From positions 1 to 64,000 of IMG/VR virus record IMGVR_UViG_3300020202_000063: a DNA stretch of 64,000 bases; one strand, given 5' to 3'. Shown here piece by piece: positions 59,346-64,000 of the stretch. A model generated the notes under the pieces. The model had not been told where the DNA came from and did no database searches. It worked only from the letters and a program-made list of their open reading frames with translations. Position numbers and translations under genes: made by a program. Position 1 is the first letter of the stretch; the number at the start of each line of letters is the position of its first letter. This DNA is from a virus.

Positions 59346-59594
59346 ATGAATTATAAGTTGAAAATTAAGGTGGCGCTGGAAACCGACGATGGTATTGTGG
59401 CACCAATCATTCCGGGTGGTATTCCAACTAAAAATGTAAAACTAGATGAGGTTCCATTTTTAAATATTCATGCCGACACAAAAGAGATGTTATATGTAAA
59501 GGCGGCTATTAATATCGCCACGACAATCCTACACGATAAAATAATGGATGGTGATTTTGGGGAGCAAATACTTAAATTAATGAATTCGAAATGA
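59346..59594 (+). CDS. Hypothetical protein
   Basis: Operonic ORF. Confidence 0.65.
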   Translation: MNYKLKIKVALETDDGIVAPIIPGGIPTKNVKLDEVPFLNIHADTKEMLYVKAAINIATTILHDKIMDGDFGEQILKLMNSK

Positions 59595-59785
59595 AAAATA
59601 CAAGAATACAAGAGGCGCAGGCCGCAAAAAAAGAATTGGTCACGAATATTTTATCACTCATTCAGGATTATGAACTGGAGTTCGGAGTGGTAGTTAATAA
59701 AATTATCTGGGAGGAAACGGGTCGAATACAAGCTGGGGGCGAGATTATTGTAAAGCGCGATTTCGATATAGAGGTTATTATCTAA
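59591..59785 (+). CDS. Hypothetical protein
   Basis: Operonic ORF, ATGA overlap. Confidence 0.65.
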   Translation: MKNTRIQEAQAAKKELVTNILSLIQDYELEFGVVVNKIIWEETGRIQAGGEIIVKRDFDIEVII

Positions 59786-60111
59786 TGAGCGCCCAAGTCA
59801 TAGGTTTCGTTCCCAAAGACCATGATATTCTTTTTCTCACAAAAGATAGAAACGACGTTTGGAATTATAATGCCCGATTTTTAAAAAGCGAAGATTTGGA
59901 TAATACGCTCTGTGGAGTGCGCGGAAATGTAATTATTGCGCTGGCGCCCCAAAATGAGGAATTTGTTCAACATATTCTACTTCCATTTATTGTGGCTGGA
60001 ATGGAATCGAGAAAGAATCCTATAACCGGAGAGCGAGAATTTATTAAAGACGAAAGTAAAGTTTGGCGAAATGATTTTGGTCGAGGTATAGAACCCGAAT
60101 ATTACATATGA
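59785..60111 (+). CDS. Hypothetical protein
   Basis: Operonic ORF, TAATG overlap. Confidence 0.65.
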   Translation: MSAQVIGFVPKDHDILFLTKDRNDVWNYNARFLKSEDLDNTLCGVRGNVIIALAPQNEEFVQHILLPFIVAGMESRKNPITGEREFIKDESKVWRNDFGRGIEPEYYI

Positions 60112-60713
60112 GGGTGCTTGTAGCCTGTGAATTTAGTGGGAGAGTAAGGGATGAATTTATAAAGCGCGGGCATGATGCTTGGTCATGTGATATAATACCT
60201 TCGGAAAATGGCGGGCCGCATATTCAGGATGACGTGCTAAAACATTTGGATGAGGGCTGGGACATGCTAATTGGCTTTCCCCCATGTACTTATCTATGTT
60301 CCTCGGGCTTGCATTGGAACAAGAGAAGACCGGAGCGCGCCAAATTGACAGAAGAAGCGGTAGAATTCTTTTTGCGGCTATGGCATGGCCCAATTGACAA
60401 GATTGCGATTGAGAATCCAGTTGGGTGCATGTCAACGCGGCTGAGAAAGCCAGATTGCATTTTGCAACCTTGGCAATTTGGACATCCCGAATCCAAAGCT
60501 ACCTGTCTCTGGTTGAAGAATTTGCCGCTTTTAAAACCAACCAACATATTAAAGCCGCAAAATTTCACGAATAAGGGGACGCCTAGATGGGATAACCAAA
60601 CACCTTCTGGACAAAATAAACTCGGCCCCTCTGATAAACGCGCTATGGAACGTTCCAAAACCTATATGGGAATTGCCCAAGCCATGGGGGAGCAATGGTC
60701 AGTAATTCAGTAA
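60108..60713 (+). CDS. Compact phage DNA cytosine methyltransferase-like protein
   Basis: VLVACEFSG (motif I-like), FPPC (IV), ENP (VI), KATCLW. Confidence 0.75.
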   Translation: MRVLVACEFSGRVRDEFIKRGHDAWSCDIIPSENGGPHIQDDVLKHLDEGWDMLIGFPPCTYLCSSGLHWNKRRPERAKLTEEAVEFFLRLWHGPIDKIAIENPVGCMSTRLRKPDCILQPWQFGHPESKATCLWLKNLPLLKPTNILKPQNFTNKGTPRWDNQTPSGQNKLGPSDKRAMERSKTYMGIAQAMGEQWSVIQ

Positions 60714-61324
60714 AAAACCTATTGGTAAAATAGACCCCGCTATAAATTCGAAAACGCCAGAACGGATTTTTAAAGATTTTTTGAAAACTTTTTGAAGGGG
60801 GTAGGGGGGGGCTGGTGAGTATAATTGAATGGGGAAACCCTAATAGGAAACATAACCCGCCTATAAATCAGAAAACGATTAAAAAGTAATCCTATTATTT
60901 TTCGTAGAGGTGTAGGGATAGTACCCCCCCGGTCGGCCCAATCGCAAGTCATTTGCAAAAATCCATAAATGGGGTACGGGGTTCTTTTACATATGTTTTA
61001 CATAGGGTTGGCATAACGTATGCCCGACAAATATCATGCCAATGCAATCTGACCTTATGCAATTAGGTAATCCACCCTATGTGACCCATGATATTGCATA
61101 ACACGTGCAAATCGTTTCCTAATGTCATTGCGTGCGTTTAAAGGCGATTCGTTTCTGGCCTATAGCAAGGTAGTGGGTTTTCTATTGCGTTGCGTAACCT
61201 CTTGGGGCCTGGGAACTTACGAAAGCATAGGGTGTTTGCCTTTCGTGCGTTTAAACCCAAGCAAACGGGGTCGTTTTTGCCTATGTTTGGCGATTGCATA
61301 CGGGGTCGGAATGCGCACAAATGG

Positions 61325-61352
61325 AAAAGGCGCACCCGATGAAAGGTGCGCC
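61325..61352 (-). terminator. Intrinsic terminator (copy 1)
   Basis: GGCGCACC-TTTCATCG-GGTGCGCC-TTTT on minus. Confidence 0.75.
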
Positions 61353-61377
61353 CCATGTGTTAACCCTTGGTTTCGCT

Positions 61378-61521
61378 CTAGGGGAAAGCCTTTGCCCAAA
61401 ATTCGCGCGCCGATTTGTGGAATGCCTTTGCTTCGTCTGCGGACTGTGCACCAATGAGAGCGAACAAAGCTTGCGACATTGCCGCATTAGCGAACGCGTC
61501 TTGCGTGACTTGGTTTTTCAT
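61378..61521 (-). CDS. Small hypothetical protein (47 aa, not in ORF track)
   Basis: MKNQVTQDAFANAAMSQALFAL..AFP; ends just before the terminator. Confidence 0.55.
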   Translation of the reverse strand: MKNQVTQDAFANAAMSQALFALIGAQSADEAKAFHKSAREFWAKAFP

Positions 61522-61540
61522 AGGTGGGAACGTTTGAGGG

Positions 61541-62038
61541 TTAACGAACGCGTTGCAACGTTTGCGCGCGCAACGTATAGCAAGTCACGTCCGAAGTTTC
61601 CGAAAACTCACTGGCCAGACAAAGCGCTTGCGCGCGTTCGCGCGTGATGCGTTGGCCGTTTTCACGGTACACTACCTTACAACGCCTTGGCGACCCATCG
61701 GAGCGCAAAACGGGGTAAAGGCGAACGTAAAATCCGCCATTATGGGAAATGACATAAGGGAAGACTTCCCACTGACCCCATGGCAGACCTGCGTTTGCGC
61801 TTGGCAACTCGCCGGACGCTCGCGCGGTTTGAACGCTCGCGCGATTGTCGTATGCCAGACCTACGCGGACAGTGGTCCTAACTTCCTTGGTGACGATTGC
61901 ATCGATACCCTTGCGGGTTTTCATGGGGCGAACCCATAGAACGGAAACGAAATGGCCAGCGCGAGCGAAGACCTTGCGGAGTAGTGGAAACATTCCGCAA
62001 AGCGCTTCTGTTTTTCCGGTGGTGTCGGGTGTGTTCAT
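61541..62038 (-). CDS. Hypothetical phage protein
   Basis: RVGLAYDN..LPWGQW..FPYVISH..YVRLY; GAAAGG upstream. Confidence 0.75.
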   Translation of the reverse strand: MNTPDTTGKTEALCGMFPLLRKVFARAGHFVSVLWVRPMKTRKGIDAIVTKEVRTTVRVGLAYDNRASVQTARASGELPSANAGLPWGQWEVFPYVISHNGGFYVRLYPVLRSDGSPRRCKVVYRENGQRITRERAQALCLASEFSETSDVTCYTLRAQTLQRVR

Positions 62039-62241
62039 CGATTCGCCTTTCTGTAGGTAACGGTAACAAAGTAGACGGTCTGGCCGTTTACAAGGTCAGA
62101 GGTGATGCGGTAACGCGTGCGCGACATTTCATCGATTGCGGCGAGGTTTTCGTCATAACGCGCACCACAGCCGAGAACGAAAGCATACGCGAGCAACGCG
62201 AACGTTGCGACGATTAGAGCGAATCCAACAGGGTTTTTCAT
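62035..62241 (-). CDS. Small membrane/secreted protein
   Basis: N-terminal hydrophobic helix ending in LGC (possible lipobox). Confidence 0.6.
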   Translation of the reverse strand: MKNPVGFALIVATFALLAYAFVLGCGARYDENLAAIDEMSRTRYRITSDLVNGQTVYFVTVTYRKANR

Positions 62242-62345
62242 TGGTTTTTTTTGTTATGGGTTACGCTAACGAGCGCCAATGTCATTGCATACGGCACAAA
62301 AGGCAATTTGTTTTTGTGCGGAAACTACGTAGTTGCGACAAATAC

Positions 62346-62373
62346 AAAAGGCGCGCCCGATGAAAGGCGCGCC
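62346..62373 (-). terminator. Intrinsic terminator (copy 2)
   Basis: GGCGCGCC-TTTCATCG-GGCGCGCC-TTTT on minus. Confidence 0.75.
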
Positions 62374-62390
62374 CGATTGCATAAGGCGGT

Positions 62391-63590
62391 TTACTTTGTG
62401 GCGTTCGCCTTTGCCGCCTTTTCTTTTTCCACGCGTTCCGCGTCTGCCAACAGTTTTTGGCCATCACAAATCAACTTTGCGCGTTTCTTTTCGTCTTGTA
62501 GGACAGCGAACGCGAAAGCTTTCATTGCGGCGCCGTTTCCGAATTCGGAAGACGCGATTTGCTTAAACGTATCTTCGCCGCCGGATGATTCGTGCGAATA
62601 GTAATCTGTGACAGCCGAGAACACATCCGCAAGGTTTTGTCCGACGTTACCCTTGCCGGTTTGAAACAGCTCGACAAGACGCGCGATTTGATTTGCGCGA
62701 CGTGCCGAGATTATCGCGCGTTCGCTGTCATTTGCCGCTGATTCTTCCTCGTTAGCGTCTTTCGCTGATAGGAAACCGGTGAAGAAAGCGCGCGCATCGT
62801 TTTCTGATATCGCAATCGCCGCAAAGGTTTGCATTGTCGCGACAAATTTTTCGGCGGTAACAAACGCGGCAGCAACGATTTCCGGGACATCCGCAAGTGC
62901 CGTTTCCATGTTTTTGGTGTGCGCGATACTAATCCGCAAGCGCTTGTCGTTACGGTCCAATAGATTGCAATTAAACGTGTTATTGCATACAGTGCAAACC
63001 GTGGACAAAACAACAGTAAACGGCGCCGACTTGTCATGTGACGAAAGGAAATTCAAATAGAATTGAAACTCCCGATTCGCCGCATTAAGGGTTAATGTCA
63101 TCGCCCCATTAACGACGGACAATGCATTGTCGGCAAACGTCTGCGGATTCAACTCGCGCGGAATGGAAAGCGCAACAGCGATACGTGCACGGTCGCAACA
63201 GGACAGAACCGAAGCCACAAACGCGCCGGGAAGCTTTGCGGCGGTGTCTGCGATAATCTTCAGGAATTTCGCGTTCGTGAGAACCGTATACGTCTGACAG
63301 TGGACCGGTTTGCCGATAATAATCTCCGGATTATCCGTGCACGTGAGTTCGCACGTTTCCGTTTCCACGAATTGCTCGTTCGTGTCCGGAATTTTGATGC
63401 CGACGATGGACATCAAAACCGGAATGCGCCGATACAGAACCCGCTTGACGATATCCCACGTCGAAAGAAAGCATGCGGCCAGAACCGTGGCGACCGGCAA
63501 ATCTTTCCATTCCGGATGCACTTCCGTTTTGTTATGCCACGCCTGTTCAATGCCTTGGTGTTTGTCGAACTTGCCGATTTCGTGACTCAT
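62391..63590 (-). CDS. DUF932/DUF945-family phage protein
   Basis: MSHEI..AWH, SSHD.S, TVCNNT, HT, AVTDYYSH, FG.GA..K..A; TAGGA SD. Confidence 0.8.
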   Translation of the reverse strand: MSHEIGKFDKHQGIEQAWHNKTEVHPEWKDLPVATVLAACFLSTWDIVKRVLYRRIPVLMSIVGIKIPDTNEQFVETETCELTCTDNPEIIIGKPVHCQTYTVLTNAKFLKIIADTAAKLPGAFVASVLSCCDRARIAVALSIPRELNPQTFADNALSVVNGAMTLTLNAANREFQFYLNFLSSHDKSAPFTVVLSTVCTVCNNTFNCNLLDRNDKRLRISIAHTKNMETALADVPEIVAAAFVTAEKFVATMQTFAAIAISENDARAFFTGFLSAKDANEEESAANDSERAIISARRANQIARLVELFQTGKGNVGQNLADVFSAVTDYYSHESSGGEDTFKQIASSEFGNGAAMKAFAFAVLQDEKKRAKLICDGQKLLADAERVEKEKAAKANATK

Positions 63591-64000
63591 GATATTTGTC
63601 TCCTAACTGTTTTTTTTGGGTTTCTGCGGCAATGCGCCGCATTGGTGCCGATAAAAGAGATTGGTTTTTGTTTGTCGAGATTTTTTCTCGGATTTTTTGT
63701 GCGGAGATTGCGTAGGCAATCGTGCGGCCATTACGTAGTGACAATATGTCACACCTGCTGTGGCCAGTCCGTTTGCTATTGCACAGCATTTGATTTGCAT
63801 TGCGCAAGCGCTTGGGCGCCAGGAGTTTGCCAGGCATTTGCAATTGCGCCGCGCGCGTCGCGCTGGCTGGTGGCTGGCGTTTGCTATTTTATTTTCATTT
63901 CATTTAAAAAAAAAAAAAAACAGTTTTTGATTTGGCGAAATAAAAAAAACAAAAAAAGAGCGCGACCCGTGCCGCGCCCTTTGCCATGAGTCAAAATAAA

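Noticed and set aside
63866-63873. E. coli Chi site GCTGGTGG
   Set aside because: A lone 8-mer is compatible with chance and the host is unknown
63906-63920. A15 homopolymer
   Set aside because: Intergenic near the window edge; may be an A-tract or sequencing artefact, no function supportable
61122-63989. Plus-strand ORFs in the right-hand region
   Set aside because: Antisense to coherent minus-strand genes with matching terminators
1-64000. Stop-codon reassignment
   Set aside because: Long genes translate intact under the standard code with high coding density

Overview
A 64-kb segment of a large tailed dsDNA phage, apparently a long-tailed siphovirus with a lambda/T5-like tail tip; no integrase, tRNA, rRNA or CRISPR seen. 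Layout: 1-5 kb SSB/SSAP-like genes and a glycosyltransferase pair; 5.5-28.6 kb neck/tail module (tube proteins, chaperones, 2144-aa tape measure, gpM/L/K/I/J-like tip, Ig-domain tip protein, spanin-like lipoprotein); 28.6-41 kb Zn-ribbon protein, phage sigma factor, ERCC4 nuclease, terminase, portal, protease-scaffold, decoration protein and major capsid; 41.4-48.3 kb accessory virion fibre/lectin cluster; 50-56.5 kb minus-strand block (giant fibre, PhoH, Hsp20); 56.7-60.7 kb small accessory genes; after a ~600-bp non-coding gap, a GC-richer early-type region with a DUF932 gene. Main observations: (1) the hexamer GTGTAA lies just upstream of about 16 gene starts, nearly all morphogenesis genes and including one inside the protease gene before an in-frame scaffold start, alongside a Cys-rich phage sigma factor; (2) a candidate ruler-templated fibre system; (3) a GT9 enzyme split across two genes, one half fused to a GT4; (4) an alpha-helical multi-TM u-spanin-like protein; (5) apparent GATC and CCWGG avoidance. 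All product calls come from motif recognition by eye, not database searches.
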